From Eubacteriales bacterium (lineage in GTDB: Bacteria > Bacillota > Clostridia > Oscillospirales > CAG-272), in NCBI GenBank assembly GCA_045531795.1, contig JAZSET010000073.1, positions 202-64,201 on the forward strand: a stretch of 64,000 nucleotides of DNA. The letters run 5' to 3'. The position numbers and the translations under genes were made by a program. Below, piece after piece: positions 1 through 10,300 of this stretch (position 1 is the stretch's first letter; the number at the start of each line of letters is the position of its first letter). The notes beneath the pieces were generated by a model. That model was given only the letters and a program-made list of their open reading frames with translations, was not told the DNA's origin and did no database searches.

Positions 1-210
1 ATCGGTTGTTCTGCCAAGGGCACAGCCGGGTAGCCGCGTATGGATGTGATAAACGCTGAAGGCATCTAAGCGTGAAACACACCTCAAGATTAGATATCCC
101 ATAGCATAAGCTAGTAAGGTCACTTGTAGACTACGAGTTTGATAGGTCAAGTGTGGAAGCGCAGTAATGCGTGCAGCTGATTGATACTAATAGACCGAGG
201 GCTTGAACTT
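1..210 (+). rRNA. rrl: 23S rRNA, 3'-terminal ~210 nt (partial, continues upstream of window)
   Basis: Matches the conserved 23S 3' domain, e.g. 'gataggtcaagtgtggaagcgcagtaatgcgtgcagctgattgatactaatagaccgagggcttgaactt', and is followed by tRNA and 5S genes. The end position is approximate. Confidence 0.85.
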
Positions 211-321
211 ACAATGTGAGTATACACTCACTTGAAGGTTCGTTCGTGTTCCTTCTTCCTTTATTCGATTTTCTATGAGCATTTTTGCAAAATATATGAA
301 GCACCGAAGGGTGAAATATAT

Positions 322-397
322 GCACCTTTAGCTCAGTTGGTAGAGCAACTGACTCTTAATCAGTGGGTCCCGGGTTCGAATCCCTGAAGGTGCACCA
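322..397 (+). tRNA. tRNA-Lys (anticodon CTT), CCA encoded
   Basis: Cloverleaf read by eye: acceptor gcacctt/aaggtgc, D arm gctc/gagc, anticodon stem actga/tcagt with loop ctCTTaa, T loop ttcgaat. There is one C-U mismatch in the T stem. Confidence 0.85.
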
Positions 398-410
398 AAA
401 TTGTATATTC

Positions 411-499
411 CATGGTAAGAACAGTTGCGAGAGCAACAGCCGTCTTAATCATGTGGTAACGCGATGCATCGCGGGGGTCAAATCCCTGAAGGTGCACCA
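411..499 (+). pseudogene. tRNA-like remnant sharing the 3' end of the preceding tRNA-Lys
   Basis: The last 19 nt (481-499, aatccctgaaggtgcacca) are identical to 379-397 of tRNA-Lys. A 'cttaatca' anticodon-loop-like string and a long palindromic arm (cgcgatgcatcgcg) are present. No 5' acceptor strand complementary to aaggtgc was found. Confidence 0.35.
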
Positions 500-504
500 A
501 AGAA

Positions 505-621
<117 letters not shown>

Positions 622-644
622 CAAAAGCAGGAAACCGAAAAGAA

Positions 645-761
<117 letters not shown>

Positions 762-800
762 CAGAATTTTCGGTTCCTGTATTTTAATTTAAAGCCATAT

Positions 801-836
801 ATTCCTCCTTAGCTCAGTTGGTTAGTACGACTGTAA
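801..836 (+). pseudogene. 5' fragment of a tRNA (duplicate of the tRNA-Asn 5' end), truncated near the anticodon loop
   Basis: 'atattcctccttagctcagt' at 799-818 is repeated exactly at 899-918, the start of the intact tRNA-Asn. The remainder diverges and there is no T arm or 3' acceptor. Confidence 0.5.
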
Positions 837-847
837 GTAAAAACACC

Positions 848-895
848 GGAAATTTAGTGGCTAACGGGGGAGTTAAAAGAATTAGCTAAATTTCC
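848..895. repeat. Inverted repeat / hairpin between the tRNA fragment and the intact tRNA-Asn
   Basis: ggaaatttag (848-857) is the reverse complement of ctaaatttcc (886-895). The arms extend with a small bulge. Confidence 0.55.
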
Positions 896-902
896 ACAAT
901 AT

Positions 903-979
<77 letters not shown>

Positions 980-980
980 G

Positions 981-1018
981 AAAAACACCTGAAACCATGG
1001 GTTTCGGGTGTTTTTTTT
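981..1018 (+). terminator. Intrinsic terminator closing the rRNA/tRNA operon
   Basis: Stem acacctgaaac/gtttcgggtgt followed by T8. Confidence 0.85.
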
Positions 1019-1200
1019 GCGTTTAGGCAGAAAAATCTTTATGGTGCTTTTGCTTACACTCGCTCCCACTCATACGACCGACTGTTAACCATAAAAATAT
1101 GTGCGATTGTTGTAGACTTTTATCACTTCAAATTCAAATTATCTCTCTGAAAAATGAAAATCGCACGAGTATACAAAAACAAAACATGGAGGAACACTTT

Positions 1201-1995
1201 ATGAGTGAATCAAAAATTATAGCTATTACAAATCAAAAAGGCGGAGTTGCAAAAAGCACCACAACTGTTAATCTCGGGGTAGGTCTTGTGAAGCTTGGAA
1301 AGAAGGTCCTTGTTATTGATGCCGATCCGCAAGGCAGTCTTACAGTAAGTTTGGGATATAAAAATCCTGACGAAATTGATAATACTCTTTCAAATTTAAT
1401 GCAAAACATTTTGGAAGAGACAGAATTCAATTGTAGCGATTATATTATCCACCACCCCGAAGGCATTGATTTAATACCGTCAAATATTGAGTTGTCCGGA
1501 ATGGAAATCAGTCTTTTTAACGCAATAAACCGTGAGCAAATCTTAAGCAAATGCATCGCACCGCTTGGAGATCGTTATGATTACATCCTTATAGACTGTA
1601 TGCCGTCTTTGGGACTTATGACTATTAATGCTTTGTCAGCTGCCGATAGTGTGCTTATTCCCTGCCAACCAAATTTCCTTTCAACAAAAGGTTTGAATTT
1701 ATTGCTTAAATCTATTTCAAAAGTGAAAAGGCAGATAAATCCTGATCTTGATATACTCGGAATTTTGCTTACTATGGTTGACGGTCGAACCAATAATGCT
1801 AAAATTATCAGTTCGTCGCTTCGTGAAACTGTTGGTGCTGACATTCGAGTATTTAATACCGAAATACCGCACTCTGTTAAAATTCCCGAAAGCAGTTTGA
1901 TTGGAAAAAGTATCTTATTCTATGATAAACGATGTAAAGCATCAGTAGCATATGAAGAACTTTCAAGGGAGGTAGCTTTAATTGAAGGACACTAA
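1201..1995 (+). CDS. parA: ParA/Soj-family partition ATPase
   Basis: Deviant Walker A 'NQKGGVAKSTT'. 'VLVIDADPQGS' and 'ILIDCMPSLG' are typical of ParA. GGAGG lies 8 nt upstream of the ATG at 1201, so the longer track ORF start at 1099 is unlikely. Confidence 0.9.
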   Translation: MSESKIIAITNQKGGVAKSTTTVNLGVGLVKLGKKVLVIDADPQGSLTVSLGYKNPDEIDNTLSNLMQNILEETEFNCSDYIIHHPEGIDLIPSNIELSGMEISLFNAINREQILSKCIAPLGDRYDYILIDCMPSLGLMTINALSAADSVLIPCQPNFLSTKGLNLLLKSISKVKRQINPDLDILGILLTMVDGRTNNAKIISSSLRETVGADIRVFNTEIPHSVKIPESSLIGKSILFYDKRCKASVAYEELSREVALIEGH

Positions 1996-2911
1996 GAAAA
2001 TAGATTTAGGTCTTACCGGATATAACGAATTATTTGGCGAAGATAAGTCTAAGGAGCAAAAGAAGCAAATAAAAATATCTGAAATTCCCTTGCATTTGAT
2101 TGATGATGCTCCAAATCATCCCTTTAAGGTGAAAATCGATGAAGATATGTATAAGCTTGTCGATAGCATTAAAGAAAATGGAATTATAGTCCCCGCTATA
2201 GTCAGACATAAGGATAATGGCAGATATGAACTTGTTGCCGGTCACAGAAGAAAAAAAGCTTGTGAGCTTGCAGGTATTCCAACTTTAAAATCAGAGATTC
2301 GAAAACTTAGCTATGATGAAGCCGTTGTAATGATGGTAGAATCCAATTTTCAAAGAACAAAGCTTTTGCCAAGTGAGCTTGCTTATTCCTATCGTATGAG
2401 AATGGATGCCTTAAAGCGTCAAGGAAAACGAAGTGATTTAACTTCGTCTCCAGCGGAGACAAAGTTAAGAACAGATGAAAAGCTTGCTTTAATGTCAGGT
2501 AATAGCCGTGCACAGATTCAAAGATATATCAGATTAACCGAACTTATTAAAGAGCTTCTTGATATGGTTGATGAAGAAAAGATAGGCTTTCGCCCCGCTG
2601 TAGAACTGTCATATCTTTCGCAAGATGAGCAGAAGCTTCTTCTCGACACCATAAAAAGTGAGGACGCAACCCCTTCTCTCGCACAGGCACTTAAAATGAA
2701 GCAGTTTTCAAAGGACGGAAAACTTGATGCAGATAAAATCCTTGAAATAATGTGTGAGAGAAAACCTAATCAGGCAGAAAAGATTACATTTAAAGCCGAG
2801 TCTTTGAGAAAATATATTCCTAAAAGTATCATCTCTCCCAAAGAAACCGAGGAATATATAATCAAAGCATTGGCACATTACAGAGAGCATATGAGAGGAG
2901 AAAAACATTGA
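1982..2911 (+). CDS. parB: ParB/Spo0J-like nuclease-domain partition protein
   Basis: 'IPLHLIDDAPNHPF', 'IIVPAIVR' and 'ELVAGHRRKKACELAG' form the ParB N-terminal box. TTG start with an upstream GGAGG, overlapping the parA stop. Confidence 0.85.
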   Translation: MKDTKKIDLGLTGYNELFGEDKSKEQKKQIKISEIPLHLIDDAPNHPFKVKIDEDMYKLVDSIKENGIIVPAIVRHKDNGRYELVAGHRRKKACELAGIPTLKSEIRKLSYDEAVVMMVESNFQRTKLLPSELAYSYRMRMDALKRQGKRSDLTSSPAETKLRTDEKLALMSGNSRAQIQRYIRLTELIKELLDMVDEEKIGFRPAVELSYLSQDEQKLLLDTIKSEDATPSLAQALKMKQFSKDGKLDADKILEIMCERKPNQAEKITFKAESLRKYIPKSIISPKETEEYIIKALAHYREHMRGEKH

Positions 2912-3300
2912 GAAAAATATATGCATATACAAAGGACAACCGTAGTCCTGTAGAAGAATTTATAAAAGCTACAAATGACAAGATTAAGGAAAAACTCATA
3001 TTTCAGATGATCTACATAAAGAACGAAACAAACCCTTTTTGCGAACCTTACGTAAAGCACTTTTCAATGGAAAGGTACAGAAGGATGTATGAGCTTCGCC
3101 TAAAGGCAGCGGAAACTATGATTAGAATAGTTTTTTATGAGCATGATGGTGAAATTGTATTTCTGCACGCTTTTCATAAGAGAGATAAAAAGGATACGGA
3201 CAAAGGTCTTGAAAGCGCTTTGAAGATACTCGAAAGCATAGTTGATAAGGACGGCAAAATCCCAAAAGAAAATAAAAAGGAGTTGAAGCTGTATGATTAA
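2908..3300 (+). CDS. Gp49/HigB-like (RelE/ParE superfamily) toxin-like protein
   Basis: 'SPVEEFI' and 'YELRLKAAETMIRIVFYEHDGEIVFLHAFHKRDKKDTDKGLESA' match the Gp49-family pattern (ELR..., R..Y, LH.F.KK..KTP). The start overlaps the parB stop (TTGA). Confidence 0.6.
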   Translation: MRKIYAYTKDNRSPVEEFIKATNDKIKEKLIFQMIYIKNETNPFCEPYVKHFSMERYRRMYELRLKAAETMIRIVFYEHDGEIVFLHAFHKRDKKDTDKGLESALKILESIVDKDGKIPKENKKELKLYD

Positions 3301-4303
3301 TGCAGTATTGTGGCTCGGTAAGATAAAGTACGAAAGCGGTCTTGCCATGAACTTTGCAAAAAACAATATCCGCATAGTTGATGAAAACTTTGAAGATATA
3401 GAGGATTTTATCGACAGGTTTGACTCGCTTGATACTAATGTTGATGTTCTCGTTATAGCCGATGCCGTTATTCTCAGTGCTGACAGAAAAAAGCTTTTTC
3501 AGCGAATCAGGCAGATAGAACCTAATATTCGCATCATTATCGTATTCCCCGGTTACAGAAACCAGTATATCGAAGAGCAGATATCCGAGTACCGCAATGT
3601 GTACGGAATATCCGATATCATATATGAAGGTCGCGGACTCGATGAGGATTACTTTTCGGATGTTATCAAAAAGGGATACATTTACGATTACGAAGTGAAT
3701 GTTTATGACGAAGAGGAAAAGAACGAAGCTCCTCAAATATCCGAGCCTAAATGTATCACTATCGGAGTTTTGGGATTTACTCATGGTTGCGGCGTTACAA
3801 GTACTGTCATAAATGTTGCGGAATCAATTGCAGGCACTCAAAATATACAGGTCCGAGCCATTGATTTTTCGGGTACGGGAAGTCTTCGATTTGCAAAGTC
3901 AAAAAAGGTTACATACATCGTCCATTCGGATATTGATGTGGCAAGAATAAAAAAGACAAGCGGCGCTATTGTATATGACTTCGGTACACCCTTCAACATC
4001 TCATCAAAGGGTAAGCTTTTAAGTCACAATGACTCATTTGACGAGGAAAAGATTAAGCACTTCAAAGAGTGCGACCTAAAAGTTTGTATGTGCTTTTCCG
4101 ACAGCTGGCACATAGGAAAACTGAAATATTTCTTAAACGATAAGCTTTGGAGCAGGGAAATTGATGATAGTTTCATAATATTACTTGATAAAGTCCCGAG
4201 AGATTCCGAAGTTCGTCGTTTGAGGATAAATATATACGGCAGAAACGATATGGCTTTTGCAGAGAAAATAGCAAGTCTTTTTGCCGAAAAGGACGGTGAA
4301 TAA
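3293..4303 (+). CDS. Hypothetical protein; N-terminal receiver-like region plus a degenerate P-loop-like segment
   Basis: 336-aa ORF in the operon. 'VDVLVIADAVILSADRKKLFQRIRQIEPNIRIIIVF' resembles a CheY-like fold and 'ITIGVLGFTHGCGVTSTVINVAESIA' resembles a degenerate MinD/CpaE Walker A. Weak, by eye only. Confidence 0.35.
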   Translation: MINAVLWLGKIKYESGLAMNFAKNNIRIVDENFEDIEDFIDRFDSLDTNVDVLVIADAVILSADRKKLFQRIRQIEPNIRIIIVFPGYRNQYIEEQISEYRNVYGISDIIYEGRGLDEDYFSDVIKKGYIYDYEVNVYDEEEKNEAPQISEPKCITIGVLGFTHGCGVTSTVINVAESIAGTQNIQVRAIDFSGTGSLRFAKSKKVTYIVHSDIDVARIKKTSGAIVYDFGTPFNISSKGKLLSHNDSFDEEKIKHFKECDLKVCMCFSDSWHIGKLKYFLNDKLWSREIDDSFIILLDKVPRDSEVRRLRINIYGRNDMAFAEKIASLFAEKDGE

Positions 4304-4363
4304 CAATGTTTCGTATTTAGAAGAAGACCACAAAAACAAAATACCGTAAAGGAGATTAAAGAA

Positions 4364-5275
4364 ATGAAAACAGCAAAAATTCTTTTAACGGCATTTCTTG
4401 CTATTCTCACTTTAACAGGAAGTGTGTTTGCAAGCGATGCTCCCGTGACGGATATTCCCGAACCGCAAGAAGTGGTGGCGAGTATTGTTGATAGCAAAAT
4501 GGTTATCGAAAAGATTTATGTTATGCCAAAAGGCAGTGATGAATCTGTTATCCCGAAGGACAACTTTATCGAGAATGAAATCATTTTTGTTTACGATGAA
4601 GTCAAGGTAACCGACAATTCCAAAGAAGAGTCCAAAGAGCATACCGAGAATGTCAGCTACAACACATCCACAAATGACGCAGAAACCGTTGTAGCATTAT
4701 TCGCCCCTTCCCTTGATGTTTCAACGGAAGACGGTTATACCGGCACTCTCACTTTTGACCATTCCACCCTCGAACTTGTGCCTGCCGGATATAGCAGCCG
4801 CAAGTTTACTGTCTCGGAAGAAAGAAATTATCCCAATCTTGCTTCTGCCGACACATCCCTTGTGCCTAAAACTATCGACAAAGACGGAGTAACATTAACC
4901 CTTGCCAATATCGAATGGGTATCCTCTGTCGGTGAAACGGTTGACGGCACAGAAGTCCCTGTAAGATATACCGCAAATGCAGTGTACACGGGAACAGCAA
5001 CCAAAACCTATGTAAACGGATATACCGCAAGTGCCGATTACAAAGGCACGGTTACAAAGATTTTGGATGATACCGTTACATACACAGTAGTATTTAAGGA
5101 GGAAATGCCTATTATGATTACAGACGATAAGACAACAGATACCGATGTAACCAAAAAGGACAACAAGGTTGGTACTACGGGAATTGTTGTAGGTTCTATT
5201 GCCGGTATTGCAGTTCTCAGTGCGGGCGGTTATACTCTTTACCGCTTTATTCGTAAGAAAAGGAAGGGATATTAA
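4364..5275 (+). CDS. Secreted surface protein with C-terminal membrane anchor (possible sortase substrate)
   Basis: Signal peptide 'MKTAKILLTAFLAILTLTGSVFAS'. C-terminal hydrophobic stretch plus basic tail 'RFIRKKRKGY'. Lies directly upstream of the sortase gene. Confidence 0.6.
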   Translation: MKTAKILLTAFLAILTLTGSVFASDAPVTDIPEPQEVVASIVDSKMVIEKIYVMPKGSDESVIPKDNFIENEIIFVYDEVKVTDNSKEESKEHTENVSYNTSTNDAETVVALFAPSLDVSTEDGYTGTLTFDHSTLELVPAGYSSRKFTVSEERNYPNLASADTSLVPKTIDKDGVTLTLANIEWVSSVGETVDGTEVPVRYTANAVYTGTATKTYVNGYTASADYKGTVTKILDDTVTYTVVFKEEMPIMITDDKTTDTDVTKKDNKVGTTGIVVGSIAGIAVLSAGGYTLYRFIRKKRKGY

Positions 5276-6127
5276 ATGAAAAAATTGACACTTCTTTTAT
5301 CCCTCGGTCTTGTACTCGCCCTTTCCATATCGGCATCTGCCGCAGATTATGTGGCTTACTCACCAAACAGCACCATTTTCGGTACTCCCACATCGGTAAA
5401 TGTTGTGACAGTCGGAAACAACGTGAACAAGGAAGCACTTGACATCAGTAAAAACAGTGCCCTTATTCCGCCTGCTTTCGGAAGTGCCACAAGCAATCTT
5501 CGTGATAGCGGAACACCGCTTACTCCCAACCTTGCAACTGTGTATAAGGATAATCCTCAAGCCCCTAACGTTGTAGGCGGTGCTACCGAACAACCCACAG
5601 TAACAGTTACAAGCAATGTTCCGAGTTCGAGCATTACAGGTGGAAGCGGTATTACAGTCATTCCCGGAAACATCAATACGGATATTTACGAGGATTACTA
5701 CACCGGACATACTTTTACCGAAGTGACGGAGGATATGTACTACAGCGGCGGATATATCGCAAAGCTTAGTATTCCCGACATCAATCTTTCGGTCAAGGTA
5801 TATGAAGGCACTACAAGCTCCGCACTTTCCAAAGGTGCAGGTCATTTTAAAGAAACGTCTATCTGGGACGGCAATGTTTGTATTGCCGGACACAACAGAG
5901 GTGTAAATAACCATTTTGGAAAGATACATGAGCTTGATCTCGGTGCAACTATCAAGCTTACCACCAAAAACGGTACTCGAAAGTACGAGGTATTTAGTAT
6001 CGAAAAGATCTCGGTAGATGATACAACCGACCTTCAAAACACAAGTGATAATATCATCACCCTTATTACTTGTGTCGAAAATCAATCTGACTACTACCGT
6101 TGGTGCGTTAAAGCACAAGAAGTCTAA
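5276..6127 (+). CDS. Sortase-family transpeptidase
   Basis: N-terminal signal/anchor, catalytic His context 'CIAGHNRG', 'ITLITCV' (TLxTC motif) and a downstream Arg in 'YYRWCV'. Confidence 0.8.
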   Translation: MKKLTLLLSLGLVLALSISASAADYVAYSPNSTIFGTPTSVNVVTVGNNVNKEALDISKNSALIPPAFGSATSNLRDSGTPLTPNLATVYKDNPQAPNVVGGATEQPTVTVTSNVPSSSITGGSGITVIPGNINTDIYEDYYTGHTFTEVTEDMYYSGGYIAKLSIPDINLSVKVYEGTTSSALSKGAGHFKETSIWDGNVCIAGHNRGVNNHFGKIHELDLGATIKLTTKNGTRKYEVFSIEKISVDDTTDLQNTSDNIITLITCVENQSDYYRWCVKAQEV

Positions 6128-6177
6128 TATTTTTAAGTAGGCAAAGCTCAAAAATCACTATACGAGGAGGAATTTAT

Positions 6178-7290
6178 ATGAGGAGTAAAATGTATTTCCT
6201 TATTGGACTTCTCTGCGGTGCATTATTTTTCGGTGGAACAGCAGTTATGGCAAATTCCGGTGTTCTTGCACAAATTACATCGCAAATCTTTTTCCTTAAC
6301 GGAGAAAAGACCGAGCTTTTCGCCTATAATATCGGCGGCAATAACTACATCAAACTTCGTGATGCAGCGGCAATCTTCGGTGCGGATATCAGTTATGAAG
6401 CTGAAACAAACAGTGTACACATATCAACTGACGGAAGCGAGATACCCGAAGATGATACCGTAAAAGAAGAAGTTCCTGAGAAAAACTCGGAAGGTCAGCA
6501 AATAATCATTTCGGGGGATGCTTTTTCAAAAGAAAACTTTTCTGAAAATGCAAACGAAAGTATCTTTGATGCCGTCTACACAAATGATGCCTACAACGCT
6601 ATGAGACAGACTGTTACAGATACGAAAGCCATAATCATGGGCAATAACGAAAACGGCTTTAATCCTGCATATACATATGCTCATTTTGTTGATAAGGACA
6701 CTACCTTTGAATCTATGGGACAAACCGATACTGCAATGCAGTCGGTAGCAGCGGGACTTTCGGGATATTACATATATTCTTTCAGTGCCGAACCTAATGT
6801 GAAAAACTTATATGAGTATCCCGGATACCGCATACTCACTGTACGCATAAATCCCAAGTTCCAAAAGGCAAATGATGCAACAGATGAATTTGTAGATACC
6901 CTTTCTTCTTTATCCGAGCGAGAAAAGGTAAAACGCATCGCAGACTATATTGCCGACCGCATAATTTACAAGGACGAAAATGTTGCGGGAATAAATGAGG
7001 TATTTACTTCTGATGCTCCCGTCAATGGAATTTGCGGCACATATGCAAATGCATTTATCTACTTGTGTCAGAGAGCAGATATACCCTGTGTTTCGATTAA
7101 AGACGCAACTCACGCATGGAATGAGGTATATATTGAAAACAAATGGCACACAGTGGATATAAGCTACTATGATGTCGCACGTACCGATGAATCCTTATTC
7201 TCGGTGAATTATCCGAGAACAGATCCCAATAAACACAAAACGGAATTTGCCAAAGAGCTGCTTGTACCGAATAGTACACTGACAGACTAA
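6178..7290 (+). CDS. Secreted protein with copper-amine-oxidase-N-like domain and transglutaminase-like cysteine protease core
   Basis: Signal peptide. 'YIKLRDAAAIFGADISYEAETNSVHIS' is the stalk domain. 'GICGTYANAFIYLCQRADIPC...ATHAWNEVYIENKWHTVD' supplies a Cys-His-Asp transglutaminase core. Confidence 0.65.
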   Translation: MRSKMYFLIGLLCGALFFGGTAVMANSGVLAQITSQIFFLNGEKTELFAYNIGGNNYIKLRDAAAIFGADISYEAETNSVHISTDGSEIPEDDTVKEEVPEKNSEGQQIIISGDAFSKENFSENANESIFDAVYTNDAYNAMRQTVTDTKAIIMGNNENGFNPAYTYAHFVDKDTTFESMGQTDTAMQSVAAGLSGYYIYSFSAEPNVKNLYEYPGYRILTVRINPKFQKANDATDEFVDTLSSLSEREKVKRIADYIADRIIYKDENVAGINEVFTSDAPVNGICGTYANAFIYLCQRADIPCVSIKDATHAWNEVYIENKWHTVDISYYDVARTDESLFSVNYPRTDPNKHKTEFAKELLVPNSTLTD

Positions 7291-7360
7291 TTCCATATGA
7301 AACTTTAAGCAGACTGAAAAAACGGTCTGCTTTTTGTATTTTAAGAAGGAGGACACTAAG

Positions 7361-10300
7361 ATGTCGAAAACTAAACAAACGAGCAAGAAGTTACTGTGCC
7401 TGTTGCTCGCACTTATGACACTTCTTTCGGTGATTCCCATTACACCGGTAAGTGCAGAAACACTTTCAGACGGAAAATCCAAAACAGTAACTATCAAGCT
7501 CAACGAAACACATTATATCCTTGAAACCGTAGGCGGCACAAAACTTCAAGGACAGTCTTGGACTTATACAAGTGATACGGGAATACAAGGTCCTGCTTAC
7601 TGTATAAATTGGGGACTCGATAAGCCGTCTGACACAAAACAGATACCCATTACGGGCAGATATACCGCAACACCTCAAACGATAGGTGCTTTTGCCAATG
7701 GTTATCCCCAGCGTTCGCTTGAAGATTTCATAAAAATCAATAAGGGTGATCATCCCCTTGTTGCAAATCTTACTCGCGAAGAGTATGTTGCAGCAACTCA
7801 GGCAGCGGTGTGGACAACGCTCGGTCAGCTTCGCATTGAAGGCACTCAGTGGTCAAGCGGCAGAGATACACTGCTCATTCCCGATGAGAGCGATCCCTCG
7901 GCACTTCGTGCTTATGAAGCACTTAAAATCATTCTTTACAATGCATCGTTCTGGACAAAGCCGTTAAATGCAGGTATGCACATTCGTCTTGGCAGAACGC
8001 AAGCCGGTAATGTGCTTAATATCGAAGATGCAAACGGGCTTATCGGTGCAGAACAGAACGGTATGTACGGCATCGAAAAAGAAACAATAGACGGCGTAGA
8101 GTATTATACCCGTACCTTTGTTGCTTCGAGTGCTACATCCACATACAAAAGCAACTACTCCATAAATTTAAGGCTCGATAATTCCCCTGAAGGAACAATC
8201 GTTACAAACCTTAACAACGAAAAGCTTACCTCTTGGCAGGCTTCGGGACAAACATATTGGGTAGTTCCTACTCCTCTTCACGAAGTTACAACCATGAACG
8301 AAAATGGCTCGGAATATGCAGGCGATTTCAAAGTATGTATCCCTGTCAGAAACACTCCCGAAAGCGGAAATATCACTTTCGTTGCTTCTGCTACCATTTC
8401 TCAGTTCAATATCTACTTTGCCAACAATACAACCGATACAGAGCAAAGTTTCATTATTGCCGATCCTATGTACGCACCTATGTCCTGCACAGGTCAGATG
8501 AAGTGGGAAAAGGTTACCTCCCCTTATGGCAGACTTGTTGTAAACAAGGTTGACGGAATGGGAAATCCCTTGCAGGGTGCGATATTCTCCCTTGTAGGCT
8601 CGAACGGCAAAACCTATGACGGTACAAGCGATATTTCCGGTCAAATCGTATGGGAATATCTTGATCCTGCTATTACCTATACACTAAAGGAAACACAGGC
8701 TCCCGCAGGATATATCAAAGCGGAAGATGTAACCGTCAATGTCCTTGCAGGCACAACTACCACTATCAGCGTTAAAAACAGCAGTGAAAGAATGCTTAAA
8801 ATAAGAAAAGTAGACGCACAGAACGGCAATCCGCTTCTCGGTGCCTCCTTCAGACTTGAACAGATAGACGGAAGTTATGTTACCGATGTTACCACAGGGC
8901 ATAGCGGATATGTCGAATTCTTCGGCAACGAGCTTCCTTATGGCACATATAAGGTGTACGAGAAAACTGCTCCCGACGGATACGAAAAATCCACAGAGGT
9001 ACGCACTTTCTCTTGGAACGGACAAAGCGATATTACTCTTACCTTTGAAAATGTAAGAACTCCGTCTTTTGTCATCATAAAGAAGGATAAGGACACAAAC
9101 ATTCCTCTTGAGGATGTGGATTTTGAAGTATACAAGGACGGCTCTCTTGTTACTACCGTTACAACAAACTCCGCAGGCTATGCTCATGTAACAGGTTTAA
9201 CAGAAGGATATTACGAAGTAAAGGAAAAAACTGCACCTAAAGGATATATACTTGATACACAAAAGCACGGTATGTATATAAACCCATATAACCCCGCAGT
9301 TGAAAACGATCCCATACTTGTCCTTACAAACAGTAAAAAGCCTGCCCTCACTATCGAAAAACTCGATACAAAGACCTTAAAGCCTATTGCAAATGTACGC
9401 TTTGAGGTATATAAGGATACTGTTCTTTTGGGCAGCTATACAACAGGCAGTGACGGACTTGTGGAACTTTGTGACCTTGAAACAGGTACATATACAGTCA
9501 AGGAAACAAGAACTCCTTCGGGATATGTACTTCAGAATATTCCTCAGTCTGTGGAGCTTGAAGCAGGTAAAAGTGCTACACTCACTTTCTTCAACCCCAC
9601 AAAGCCCGGTGTCAGCATTAAAAAGATAGATGCGGACACAGGCAAGGCACTTTCGGATGCGGTATTCAAAATTGAGGGTGTTGATGTTTCCTACCTTAAC
9701 GAATTTACTACCGATTCTGACGGTGAGATTATCCTCCCTAAACTTGAAGTCGGTGTATATACGGTAAATGAAATTTCTTCCCCTAAAGGCTATGTTAAGA
9801 ATACCGAAGTACGCACCTTTGAAGCGGCTGAAGACGGAAATGTACAGCTTGTTTTCAAAAACCACAAAAAGCCCTCGCTTAAGGTTACAAAGATAGATGC
9901 TGTAACGGGTGAAGCACTTGAGGGAGCAAGCTTTAGAATTTCCAAAGTCGGTGACAGTACAAGGTACTACGATAAGATAACCGATAAGAACGGTTTGATA
10001 GAACTTACCGATCTTGATGTCGGTATCTATTCGGTACAGGAAATTTCTGCTCCTGATGGATATCTATTGAACGATACTCTTTACCACGCAGAACTCTTTG
10101 CAGGTAAAGAAAGTACCCTTATTGTAGAAAACAAGGCAAAGCCCAGCCTTACAATAAAGAAGTACGACAGTCTTACAGGCTCGCTTCTTTCGGGTACTAC
10201 CTTTGAAGTTTACAGAGATACAACCCTTATCGGCACATATACTACCGATTACACAGGAGAAATTCATCTGTATGACCTTAAAACAGGTACATATACCGTA

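Noticed and set aside
1099-1200. Upstream extension of parA (track start 1099)
   Set aside because: The Cys-rich, low-complexity start has no RBS. ParA homologues begin a few residues before the KGGxxKS box, and GGAGG precedes the ATG at 1201.
1201-2911. Interpreting ParA/ParB as the chromosomal soj/spo0J pair near oriC, given the adjacent rRNA operon
   Set aside because: They are translationally linked to a toxin-like gene and are followed without a break by sortase, adhesin and T4SS genes. No dnaA, gidAB or jag-type origin genes are present.
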